IMG/VR virus record: IMGVR_UViG_3300037851_000941
Span: 13,801-77,800 of that record
From: a virus
Taxonomy: Duplodnaviria > Caudoviricetes
DNA length: 64,000 nt
Direction: 5' to 3' (one strand)
Shown: positions 56,195 through 64,000 of the stretch, one piece after another
How positions within the stretch are numbered: position 1 is the first letter of the stretch
Layout: each line of letters starts with the position of its first letter
Notes under the pieces: model-generated
Databases searched by the model: none
Seen by the model: only the letters and a program-made list of their open reading frames with translations
What the model was told of the DNA's origin: nothing
Program-made: the position numbers and the translations under genes

Positions 56195-56920
56195 TCAGAT
56201 CGACAGGTTCATCTCGCGCATGATGCGCTCGGTGATCTCCTGGTGGGACTTGCGCAGGGCGCCCTCGTAGCCGGCGATGCGGTTGGCCACCGCCTTGCTG
56301 GCGCCGGCACGGATCTCCTCGACCCGCTTGACGGCCTTCTTCAGCTCGGCGACCACCGAGCGGCCGGCGGTGCCCAGCTCACCGGCGCCCGGGAGCGCGA
56401 GCACCTGCTCCATGATCGCGTCGTGGATCTCCAGGGCCTCCGCGAGCGCCGGGCTCGCCGTCTTGGCGACGATGCCCGAGATCTTCACCCGGTCCTGCGG
56501 CTCGCGCCACAGGCCGTGCGTCAGCACCTCGAAGTGGATCGGGTCCACCTCGGCGTCGCCCTCGAGCCACGCCTTGGCCTGGAGCACCCGGAGGAGCTTG
56601 CGCCAGCGGCGGTCGCTCGCCACGAAGCCCTCCTTCTCCAGCTCAGCGCGCAGGGCGAACAGGGCATCGACCACCGCGTCGGACACGCCGACCCTGGCCA
56701 CCTCCAGCCTGGCCGCGTCGGGGTCCGGCGTCACCAGGGAGGCCGGGAGCCCGGCCGTTGTGAACCGCTGGCGCAGGTCGTCGCGCTCGACGTCCACGCC
56801 CGCCATCTCGACCCACACGATGTCGCCGAGGTGGGCGCCTGGGCCGCTCAGCGCCGACTGCAGATCGGCCACCGCACCGGCGGCCTTCTTCCTCTTACTG
56901 GTCGCCTTACTGGTCGCCAT
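56195..56920 (-). pseudogene. Chimeric ORF: unrelated N-terminus fused to the C-terminal part of a RavA/MoxR ATPase (no Walker motifs)
   Basis: HLGDIVW...AGLP..P then LRAELEKEGFVASDRRWRKLLRVLQAKAWLEG...LWREP; upstream of vWA gene. Confidence 0.65.
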
Positions 56921-57368
56921 CACCGCCTCCTCCCTCTTCCTCGACCTTGAGCGCACCGACCGCGAAGCAGCGGACGCGACCGTCGCGCGCCACGCTGATG
57001 TCCCAGCCCGCCTTGCGCAGCACCAGGAGGTGCTGCCGCCGCCGGCTCACGCTGATCTTCGCCCACGGGCACTGCTCTGCGAGGGCGGCGTCGATCTCCT
57101 CGCCGGTGGCGCCGCTCGTGCCGCGCTCGGCCAGGAGCGCGCCGATCACCTCGCTCGGTCGCCTGCGCGCCTCCTTGTTCTTTGCTCGGGGCCGGCAGCT
57201 CTCCAGCTCGGGCGGCCACTCGTCCCCGAGCCGGGCCAGGATGGCCTCGGCCACCGCAGTAGACGAGGCGGTCGCGGGCGGACGCCGCCCGTACCGCTCC
57301 TCGTACAGCTCCGCACGCCGCTCCGGCGGCAGGCACCTGATTGCGTCCAGTACCTTCAGCGCGTTCAT
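56907..57368 (-). CDS. Hypothetical protein with wHTH-like C-terminus
   Basis: HLLVLRKAGWDISVARDG. Confidence 0.6.
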   Translation of the reverse strand: MNALKVLDAIRCLPPERRAELYEERYGRRPPATASSTAVAEAILARLGDEWPPELESCRPRAKNKEARRRPSEVIGALLAERGTSGATGEEIDAALAEQCPWAKISVSRRRQHLLVLRKAGWDISVARDGRVRCFAVGALKVEEEGGGGDGDQ

Positions 57369-57595
57369 TCTCCTTGCTCCTTTCTGTGCATTTCAGTCAG
57401 CTCCACCACGAAGGCCACCGCGTTCCAAGGCTCCCCGCCCGGGACCGACATCGGCCTGCCCGGCCTCACCACGATGCGCCACCGCATCCTGCACTTCGGG
57501 CAGGTGCGGTCGCATACGTGCGTGGCGCTCCTGTACCCGGGAACTGATGCGAGCTTTCGCCCGCAGCGGCACCTTGGGGACAACCGCTCAACCAC
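57365..57595 (-). CDS. Small zinc-ribbon protein
   Basis: CRCG...CPKC; start uncertain. Confidence 0.5.
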   Translation of the reverse strand: MVERLSPRCRCGRKLASVPGYRSATHVCDRTCPKCRMRWRIVVRPGRPMSVPGGEPWNAVAFVVELTEMHRKEQGE

Positions 57596-57893
57596 AACAC
57601 ACCTCGCGCCGAGCACGCAGCTGGCGATGGACCGCGCCCTCGCGCTCCACGATCCAGTGCGTCCTGCCTGCGGTGACCACCACGAGGTCACCGCGATACT
57701 CGCGCCCGTGCTGACGGATGATCTCGCAGACGCGCTCGACGGCCCCTTGTGCAGGGCAGCGACGCCAGACCGGGCCGCGCATGCAGCGCACGCCGCGCTG
57801 GGCCATCTCCTTGCAGAGCGCGGTAGCGGAGATCTTGCCGGCCACTCGCACCGCATCCTGGGCCAGCGCGATCACCAGCTCCACGGAGATCAT
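57588..57893 (-). CDS. Hypothetical protein
   Basis: 101 aa, ATGA coupling. Confidence 0.55.
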   Translation of the reverse strand: MISVELVIALAQDAVRVAGKISATALCKEMAQRGVRCMRGPVWRRCPAQGAVERVCEIIRQHGREYRGDLVVVTAGRTHWIVEREGAVHRQLRARREVCCG

Positions 57894-58150
57894 CGCGACC
57901 TCACGATGGTCAGCTGGAACTCGGCATCGCCAACCGTGACCACCAGGCCGTGATTGTTGGCCAGCACGCCCGCATCGCGGAACGTGTCGACCCGCACCGA
58001 CTGCAGCATGTCGATCAGCTCGTCCAGGCGCTCGTCGTTGGGGTCGTCATCGCCCTCGTCGGCGAGGATCGTGTTCGCCACGATCTCTGGCGCCTCCTCG
58101 TTCCCGGACAACATCTCGGCGATCAACAGCTCAATGTGTTCCTCGCTCAT
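57890..58150 (-). CDS. Small highly acidic protein
   Basis: 86 aa, about 21 D/E versus 5 R and no K; TFRDAGVL..NHGLVV...EFQLTIV; AAGGA SD. Confidence 0.72.
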   Translation of the reverse strand: MSEEHIELLIAEMLSGNEEAPEIVANTILADEGDDDPNDERLDELIDMLQSVRVDTFRDAGVLANNHGLVVTVGDAEFQLTIVRSR

Positions 58151-58442
58151 GTCCTTGCTCCTTGCTCTCGGCGTCCATCGCCGTGCCTGCCGCCGACCCG
58201 TGTCGGTCAGCGACAGGCACGGCGAGACGAGCCAGCTCAGCTCGTCTGCCGCGTGTCTGTCACGTCGTCGGGGCCACCGCCTCGACCCGGGTCTCGCCGC
58301 CCTCGCTGGCGGTGCGACGACCCCGACGACTCGAGATGAGCCGGCGCCGCGCTCTCACCATCGGCGCTCGCTGCTCACCCTCGGCATCGCTCAGGCTCGG
58401 TACTGTCCACCTCGGTCCGGTCGTCCTCCGATCGATGTCGCC

Positions 58443-58568
58443 GCCGGTACGCTCCTACAGCTCCGCGCCTCGCGGCGCTCGGACTCACGCGCTCATCGAT
58501 CTCGGCGAGCCGCTCAGCAGTGGGTGCCGGTACGCTCTCCAGCTCCGCGCTCACGCGCTCGGACTCAC
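58443..58568. repeat. Imperfect direct repeat of about 45 bp (2 copies) in a long leader
   Basis: gccggtacgctc...cagctccgcg...gcgctcggactcac at 58443-58488 and 58526-58568. Confidence 0.8.
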
Positions 58569-58881
58569 CCCACCTGCTCAGCAGCTCCGACGGGTCTGGC
58601 CCAGCCGCATCGTCCCATCGGATGCGGCGCAGCCCACCTCGCCCTGCTCTGCCTCTCTCCTGCCCGCCCCGCTCTCTGACCTGCGATCCCTACCTCCCCC
58701 GGGTCTACTCCACACCTCGACCCGGTTTTGGCGGGGGCGGTATTCTGTTGTCAGTCCGACCGATGTCAGTCCGAGTCCGCTACCGGGATGCGCCGGCGAC
58801 GGGGGTGCTGCGGGTGCAGCCCTGGGGGCTCCGGCTCACGCCCCCCGTCGTCTCGCTGTCTCGCTCGCTCCTCACACCTTA

Positions 58882-58952
58882 AGTATGCCGCCTTGCCCTG
58901 GCAGGTGCAAGCCTGTATAACGAAGCACTAGCACGAAAAGCACAATGCTTTT
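58882..58952 (-). promoter_or_regulatory. Sigma70-like promoter plus upstream palindromic operator
   Basis: TTGCAC (58905-58910)-N17-CATACT (58882-58887); aaaagca-caa-tgctttt at 58936-58952; locally AT-rich. Confidence 0.55.
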
Positions 58953-59013
58953 GCAGCCCTGTTTCGGAAAAGAGCGGCAAATCTGACGAGCACCGGCAGC
59001 TGGGGGGGGGTAA

Positions 59014-60117
59014 TCAGGGCCGGGCGGGCATGATGACCGCGCCCCGCCCCGGGGCACCGGTCAGGCGCGCCGGGCTCACGGCGTCCGGCAGGGTCAGCTC
59101 GATGAGGCCGTCGGGCTCATCGGCACAGAGCGCCAGGGCGTCGAGCAGGTAGCGGGCGTCGAGCGAGACGGGCAGGGCCGGCGGCAGCGGGCCATCGGCC
59201 GGCAGCTCCACCAGCTCCCGCGCGGTGGCGCCGGTGCCGTCCTGCGCGCTCACGACGAGGCAGTGGCTCTCGTCCGCACCGAGCAGCACGTACCGGCTCA
59301 CGATGGCGGCGCGCGTGACCGCCGCGCGCAGCTCCTCGGCACCGACGCGCACCGGCTCCGCGCCGTCATCGACAGCGAAGAACCGCTCGTGGGCAGGGTA
59401 GGTGGACCATGGCTCGCCGCGGAACCGCATCGCCATCTCCCGGGGCTCGGAGCCCGCGACCGTGACGTGCTCCTTCTGGCGGCCCACCTGCACGCTCTCC
59501 CCGCCCAGGCACTCGAGCAGTCGCACGAGCGTCGGCACGACCGCGATGGGCACGAGCATCTCCAGGTCGGGGCCACCGGCCGCGTCATCGATCACGCGGG
59601 CCATGCGGTGCCCGTCGGTGGCCACGGCAAGCAGGTGCTTCCGTGTTCGCTGCACCGCCACGCACGCGATGTGCGAGCGGTCCATCTGCGTGTAGGCGGC
59701 ATGCCGCACGGCCGAGATGGCAGCGAGCAGCGGTGCTCGGGGCACGTCGCCGCCAACGACGGCCCCGATGCGATGCGCCGCACTGTACTGCACCTCGGAG
59801 GCGGCCAGGCGGTAGCGCGACGAGCCCGCAACGATCAGCCCTCCCGGACCGAGGCGCAAGGTGGGTGCCCGCATCTCATGCACAGTCTTGCGGAACACGT
59901 CGGCCGCGACCACGCAGCGAAACTCTTCGGCGTTGCCTTCGGCCGGCAGCGTGGCGCGCACCGAGCCGTAAACGCTGGCAGCGAACACGTCCAACTCGCC
60001 ACGGACCACGCTCAGCTCAACGTGCCCGCTAGGTCCGATGCTGGTCACGACCCCGACCACCTGCTCCAGGTCGCGCGCCCTGACCTCGACCCCGACCGTC
60101 TTCTTCTCACGCGCCAT
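59014..60117 (-). CDS. dnaN: DNA polymerase III beta sliding clamp-like protein
   Basis: 367 aa; VATDGHRMA, YPAHERFF, SLDARYLLDAL; three-domain length. Confidence 0.8.
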   Translation of the reverse strand: MAREKKTVGVEVRARDLEQVVGVVTSIGPSGHVELSVVRGELDVFAASVYGSVRATLPAEGNAEEFRCVVAADVFRKTVHEMRAPTLRLGPGGLIVAGSSRYRLAASEVQYSAAHRIGAVVGGDVPRAPLLAAISAVRHAAYTQMDRSHIACVAVQRTRKHLLAVATDGHRMARVIDDAAGGPDLEMLVPIAVVPTLVRLLECLGGESVQVGRQKEHVTVAGSEPREMAMRFRGEPWSTYPAHERFFAVDDGAEPVRVGAEELRAAVTRAAIVSRYVLLGADESHCLVVSAQDGTGATARELVELPADGPLPPALPVSLDARYLLDALALCADEPDGLIELTLPDAVSPARLTGAPGRGAVIMPARP

Positions 60118-60275
60118 GGCCTCCCTCCTCTTCTTCTTCTTCGCACCAGAAATCAAAAGCACCGTCGAGTCCGACTAAGGGGGGCCGGATGCCGACGGTG
60201 CTGTTGAGCCACGGAGGGAGTCCGGGCACGGACGCTATAGCCCGCGCGGCCCGCCGTGTCCAGCCCCGCATGCGC

Positions 60276-60776
60276 TCACCGTGCATCCGCCGCCTTGGCC
60301 GCAGCGAACCCCTTGCGCACCTCGGCCAGCACGTCCGGCGGCAGCTCCCAGACCTTGCGCGCACCGAGGCACGCCACGGGCGCCCGCAGCGTCACCACCT
60401 CGTCGAACGCCCAGCACCAGGGACCGGACGCCCAGATCGACCAGCGCGGGTTGTCCCGGCCCCAGCCCGCTAGAGAGCCGCGCGGACCCCAGGCATGCTC
60501 CAGCACCGTGCCGTAGTCATCGACCCGGAAGCACCCGGCCAATCGGGCCACCGCGACGACGGCCCCCAGGTGCAGGTTGGCCTGCGCCACCTCCGGCACC
60601 ACGCGGGCCAGCTCCAGCATGCTCTCGCCGAGCGGGCGCTTCTTGCCGGCCGTGATCGCCAGCCACTCCCCCAGCATCGAGGCGCCGGGCGCCCAGGTGC
60701 GGTTCTCCAGCGGCTTGTGCCCGGAGGAGATCGCCCAGGCCCACGGCTGCCAGAGCGTCAGCGCACGCAGCGTCAT
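60276..60776 (-). CDS. ASCH-domain protein
   Basis: ALTLWQPWAWAI..GHKPLENRTW, GAVVAVARL. Confidence 0.85.
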   Translation of the reverse strand: MTLRALTLWQPWAWAISSGHKPLENRTWAPGASMLGEWLAITAGKKRPLGESMLELARVVPEVAQANLHLGAVVAVARLAGCFRVDDYGTVLEHAWGPRGSLAGWGRDNPRWSIWASGPWCWAFDEVVTLRAPVACLGARKVWELPPDVLAEVRKGFAAAKAADAR

Positions 60777-61651
60777 CGCACGGCCTCCGCGCTCGGCCAC
60801 TCGCGGACTCGCACCTCCGGCGCCCACGCTCCCGGGTCGTTGCCCTTGCCGGCGAACGGCGCCACGAGCGGCGGCCCGCCACCCCAGCCCCGCCGGACGG
60901 CGGCGCCGGGCGCTAGGTCCCCGGGAGACCGCGCGACCGACCGTGCCCCCATCTGCTTCACGAACGCGGGCACCCCGGCGGCGCGGCACTGCTCGACGAG
61001 GCCGCGGATCCAACCGACCTCGCACGGCCTGGCACGCGGCCCGCTCTCGCCCCCGACGATCACCCAGAACAGCCCGCCGAGGCCGCTCCAGCTCGCCCCC
61101 ACCTCGTCATCGCGCGGTCGGTCCAGGCGCACCGGCCCGAGCAGCGGCTCGCAGCTCACGAAGCGCATCCGGGCGTTGCACGCCAGCAGCACCGGCACGC
61201 GCTCGTCGGCCGACGCCTGGTCCTCCACGCTGGTCCCGAGCCAGATGTGGCCCGGCAGCTGCCCGAGCCGCGACCGGGCGAGCCAGGTCACCATGCGCTC
61301 CGGGCGCTTGGTGAGGAGCTGGTAGGTGTGCTGCGGCGTCTCCTCCATGACCGCGAACATGCGCTCCAGGAAGTCATCGGGCACGAGCGCGTGGAACGGG
61401 TCGGACATGGAGGCCACGAAGACCATCCTCGGCCGCCGCCACCGGCGCGGCGCGTCGAGCAGCTCCGGCAGCAGGCGCACTGCGCCAGACCAGCGCCCGT
61501 CCTGTACGAGCCCCGCGTACGGCTGCCCGGGGCCGGCAAAGCGCGCCGCCTGCCGCTCGGCGTAGCACTCGCGACACCCGGCCGAGACCTTCGTGCAGCC
61601 ACGCAGGCAATTCCACGTCTGGTCCGTCCACTCTATCTTCGACCGCCCCAT
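60773..61651 (-). CDS. DUF5131 / phage Gp37Gp68 family (radical-SAM-like)
   Basis: SKIEWTDQTWN..GCTKVSAGCRECYAE, MSDPFH, LLTKRPERM, VSCEPLLG, GGESG. Confidence 0.9.
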   Translation of the reverse strand: MGRSKIEWTDQTWNCLRGCTKVSAGCRECYAERQAARFAGPGQPYAGLVQDGRWSGAVRLLPELLDAPRRWRRPRMVFVASMSDPFHALVPDDFLERMFAVMEETPQHTYQLLTKRPERMVTWLARSRLGQLPGHIWLGTSVEDQASADERVPVLLACNARMRFVSCEPLLGPVRLDRPRDDEVGASWSGLGGLFWVIVGGESGPRARPCEVGWIRGLVEQCRAAGVPAFVKQMGARSVARSPGDLAPGAAVRRGWGGGPPLVAPFAGKGNDPGAWAPEVRVREWPSAEAVR

Positions 61652-62040
61652 CAGCGCCCCTTTCGCCGTGCTGTCGCTTTGGCCGTGTTTGCATAGTGCA
61701 TTCCGAGTTGTTCTGCAAGCCGAAGATTCTGCGCGGGGCGGCTTGCCCTTCAGCGCGGCCGGGACTAAATGGGCATCGGGCACCCAGTTCTGCGCATGGA
61801 GCGCACCTGTGGTGGCCAGGAACTAAGGGACCCTGGCAGGCGGTCGAGGCGGGGCCGAGGGGCAGACGGGGCAGACCCGGACCTGACGCACGCTGACATC
61901 GCGCTCTCACTTACCTCGCTCGAGGCAGTCTGGGGGGGGGGTAAGGGGGGGGCGATCTCAGCAGGACCTTCAGGGCTCCGGGTGCAGTGGGCAGCGGCAG
62001 TGCTCGGGTGCAGCGGGGCAGCTAGCACAGTGAGCGGTGC

Positions 62041-62751
62041 TCACAGAGCATAGAAGCGGTTGGCGGTGTCCCCACAGTCCACCTCCACCAGCCCGCGACG
62101 CTCCGCGAGCCAGCGATCCATCTCGCCGCCCCAGGCGATCACCCGTCGCTGCCCCTCAGCGCCGCACTGGGGCGAGTGCCGACCAGAGGCCACCAGGGAG
62201 CGGGCCAGGGAGCGAACCCGCCCCCAGGCGCCAGCGTGCGCGCGCCACGTGCCATCGCAGCCGGTCTCCGGGGGGAGCTGGCCGCACTCCCGCCAGCCAG
62301 GTGGAGGCGCGCTGGAATCCTGCAGCGTGGCCGTCCAGCGTTGCCGCGCGGAACGTGGGCCGGAGTGGCCGGTGGTGGAGCGGGACAGGCGGCGCATGGC
62401 GCTTAGCAGCGTCTCCTGGGCGCCGGCGGCCGGGGACCGGGCCGGGGCGAACCTGGAGCCGTCCTCGGCCTCGCACTCGGTCACGGGCACCTCGCCGGGC
62501 CTGGCGCGCGTCGGGTCGCAGCGACGCGAGCGGACGTTCAGCACCACGCTCCAGATAGCCCGGCAGTCGGCCTCGCTCCAGTCGGCCTCGTTCACGCAGA
62601 TGCGCGCCAGCATGAGCGCCTCGACCTTGGCGCCGGGCTCGGCGAGGATGGCCGCCTGGCTGTGCGTTTCCGCACCGTCGGCTCGAAGTGGCCCGGGTAG
62701 GACTGCGGCCACGACGGCCAGGCAGGCTACGATGATGGTCTTCCTTGGCAT
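62041..62751 (-). CDS. Secreted protein, possible SleB-like cell-wall hydrolase
   Basis: Signal peptide MPRKTIIVACLAVVAAVLP; LARICVNEA resembles the LARxxxxEA catalytic helix. Confidence 0.45.
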   Translation of the reverse strand: MPRKTIIVACLAVVAAVLPGPLRADGAETHSQAAILAEPGAKVEALMLARICVNEADWSEADCRAIWSVVLNVRSRRCDPTRARPGEVPVTECEAEDGSRFAPARSPAAGAQETLLSAMRRLSRSTTGHSGPRSARQRWTATLQDSSAPPPGWRECGQLPPETGCDGTWRAHAGAWGRVRSLARSLVASGRHSPQCGAEGQRRVIAWGGEMDRWLAERRGLVEVDCGDTANRFYAL

Positions 62752-62781
62752 GGCGAGAGATGGTAGGAGGCGGCGGGGGCG

Positions 62782-62961
62782 ATGACAACGGCGGGCGAGA
62801 CGGTCTGGGTGGTCTGGCGGGACGGCCGCGAGGCGTTCCTTTCGCCCTCGGCCTTCGAGGCAGAGCCCAGGACCGCGCTGCAGGATGCGCAGGTCAGCGT
62901 GCTGCCGCTGGCCTGGGTCGAGGACAGGCGCGGCACCGAGCGCCCGCCGGCGCCGACGTGA
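62782..62961 (+). CDS. Small hypothetical protein (59 aa)
   Basis: AGGAGG SD at 62765-62770, ATG 62782; stop overlaps next GTG; below the track cutoff. Confidence 0.6.
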   Translation: MTTAGETVWVVWRDGREAFLSPSAFEAEPRTALQDAQVSVLPLAWVEDRRGTERPPAPT

Positions 62962-63305
62962 CCTTCAAGCTCGCCACCTGGACGTGCGAGTCGTGCGACG
63001 AGGCCGTGACTCTCCGCTACCACGTCGAGACGGACGGCGAGCCCGGGGACCCGCCGGCGCCCTGGATGGCCGTGGCACCGGGGCGCTACCGCTGCCCCTC
63101 GTGCTCGGTGCCGGCCCCGGAGGACTTCCACCGCCTGACCAGGACCGACGTGCCCGAGGACGAGGCCGTGGCGGCGCACCGGCGCGAGCACCTCTGCACG
63201 GCCTGCCTGCACCGCGCCGTCTGCCGCTATGCCCCGGAGGCGCACGGCGAGCGACCCATCCTGGCCACCATCTCCCGCTGCCGGGAGTGGGTGCCGGACG
63301 TCTGA
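62958..63305 (+). CDS. Multi-Cys zinc-finger protein
   Basis: CESC, CPSC, CTACLHRAVC, C; GTG start. Confidence 0.65.
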   Translation: MTFKLATWTCESCDEAVTLRYHVETDGEPGDPPAPWMAVAPGRYRCPSCSVPAPEDFHRLTRTDVPEDEAVAAHRREHLCTACLHRAVCRYAPEAHGERPILATISRCREWVPDV

Positions 63306-63314
63306 GTCGGCCTC

Positions 63315-63460
63315 GTTCCGGTCAGCTCCGGTCAGCTCCGGTCAGCTCCGGTCAGCTCCGGTCAGCTCCGGTCAGCTCCGGTCAGCTCCGGTCAGCTCCG
63401 GTCAGCTCCGGTCAGCTCCGGTCAGCTCCGGTCAGCTCCGGTCAGTTCCGGTCAGTTCCG
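63315..63460. repeat. 10-bp tandem repeat array (gtcagctccg x12, gtcagttccg x2, plus a partial unit)
   Basis: Directly visible at 63321-63460. Confidence 0.98.
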
Positions 63461-63948
63461 GCTCGCTCGGACTCGCGCCGCTCCAGCCACGTCCGGCCGT
63501 CGACGAGGGCCGTCTGCGCGTAGGCGCTGCGCTCGTGCTCCGCGTCCAGGTAGGCGTGGCCGCCGGCGAGGATCGCCCCGGCGTAGTGCGGCACGAGGTA
63601 TAGCGGCCCCGAGAGCCACAGCAGCAGGGCGAGCACGGGGGAGTCGGCCAGCCAGGCGGCGCCGGCCAAGCAGAGCGCCAGCAGCCCCGCGTCGCGGAAC
63701 TGCCGGACGTGGACCAGCTCGTGCTGCAGCACCCTGGCGCCGTGCTCCGGGTGCATGACGATGGCGAAGCCGACCGTCGTCGAGTAGCGCCAGCGCGCGG
63801 CGAACCACGGGCGCCACCGGCCCACCGGCAGCCACGGGCGCAGAAACCTCCACCGGGGCTCGGCCAGGCCGCAGCAGACGCACAGCGCGAGCCAGAGCCA
63901 GCCGACAACCAGCACCCCGGGGCACAGCAGCGGCACGAGCCAGGTCAC
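63442..63948 (-). CDS. Membrane protein with HExxH metallopeptidase-like motif
   Basis: Hydrophobic segments; VLQHELVHVRQF and AYLDAEHERSAY. Confidence 0.65.
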   Translation of the reverse strand: MTWLVPLLCPGVLVVGWLWLALCVCCGLAEPRWRFLRPWLPVGRWRPWFAARWRYSTTVGFAIVMHPEHGARVLQHELVHVRQFRDAGLLALCLAGAAWLADSPVLALLLWLSGPLYLVPHYAGAILAGGHAYLDAEHERSAYAQTALVDGRTWLERRESERAGTDRN

Positions 63949-64000
63949 GCGGCGCCACCCGTCTTCTTCGGGCGAGGACCCTTACGGAGCTTCACCGTCT

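Larger units (their letters stand above)
1..64000 (-). mobile_element. Tailed phage/prophage segment with contractile tail (myovirus morphology)
   Basis: Terminase, portal, MuF, prohead protease, major capsid, sheath, tube, tape measure and baseplate genes lie in canonical order, with phage replication/recombination genes; tightly packed co-oriented genes with ATGA/GTGA overlaps. Confidence 0.97.

Noticed and set aside
61765-62028. 87-aa minus-strand ORF in the G-run region
   Set aside because: Low-complexity Pro/Ser/Ala content, no SD and no motif; probably non-coding
63315-63460. CRISPR array
   Set aside because: Contiguous 10-bp units with no spacers, and no cas genes
1-64000. Integrase, att sites, tRNA/rRNA genes, IS elements
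   Set aside because: No tyrosine/serine recombinase or transposase motifs and no cloverleaf or rRNA-like sequence were recognised by eye; lifestyle cannot be determined from this window

Overview
The whole window is a GC-rich (about 70%) tailed-phage genome segment (free phage or prophage; no integrase or att site seen). It has a contractile (myovirus-type) tail, and almost every gene is on the minus strand. Read in transcription direction (right to left) it contains five blocks. (1) 64-59 kb: membrane HExxH protein, a 10-bp tandem array, a two-gene plus-strand island, a secreted SleB-like protein, DUF5131, ASCH and a DnaN-like beta clamp. (2) 58-39.5 kb: early/middle genes, including a vWA protein with a decapitated RavA-like partner, an HTH regulator, PD-(D/E)XK exonuclease, Sak4-like ATPase, SSB, a ComM-like fragment, a replication protein, a RuvC-like resolvase and many small ORFs. 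(3) 39.4-37 kb: terminase small and large subunits. (4) 36.7-27.5 kb: an accessory block between terminase and portal carrying a 7-deazaguanine DNA-modification cluster (queD, queE, folE, unknown ORF, extra radical SAM/SPASM enzyme, DpdL-like T-fold protein, glycosyltransferase, DpdA/TGT-like transglycosylase, ParB-like) with no queC, queF or arcS in the window. (5) 27.5-0 kb: head and tail morphogenesis genes. Two systems stand out. One is the deazaguanine cluster with a glycosyltransferase and a second radical SAM enzyme, which may make an undescribed hypermodified base; it carries a G9-tract frameshift in queE, an in-frame TAG in queD and a frameshift in the ParB-like gene. The other is a 1894-aa XkdF-type prohead protease fused to nucleotidyltransferase, LigD-phosphoesterase-like, Dam-type methyltransferase and ATP-dependent ligase domains. 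All family calls come from motif recognition by eye; no database searches were run. Several start codons were reassigned relative to the supplied ORF track.
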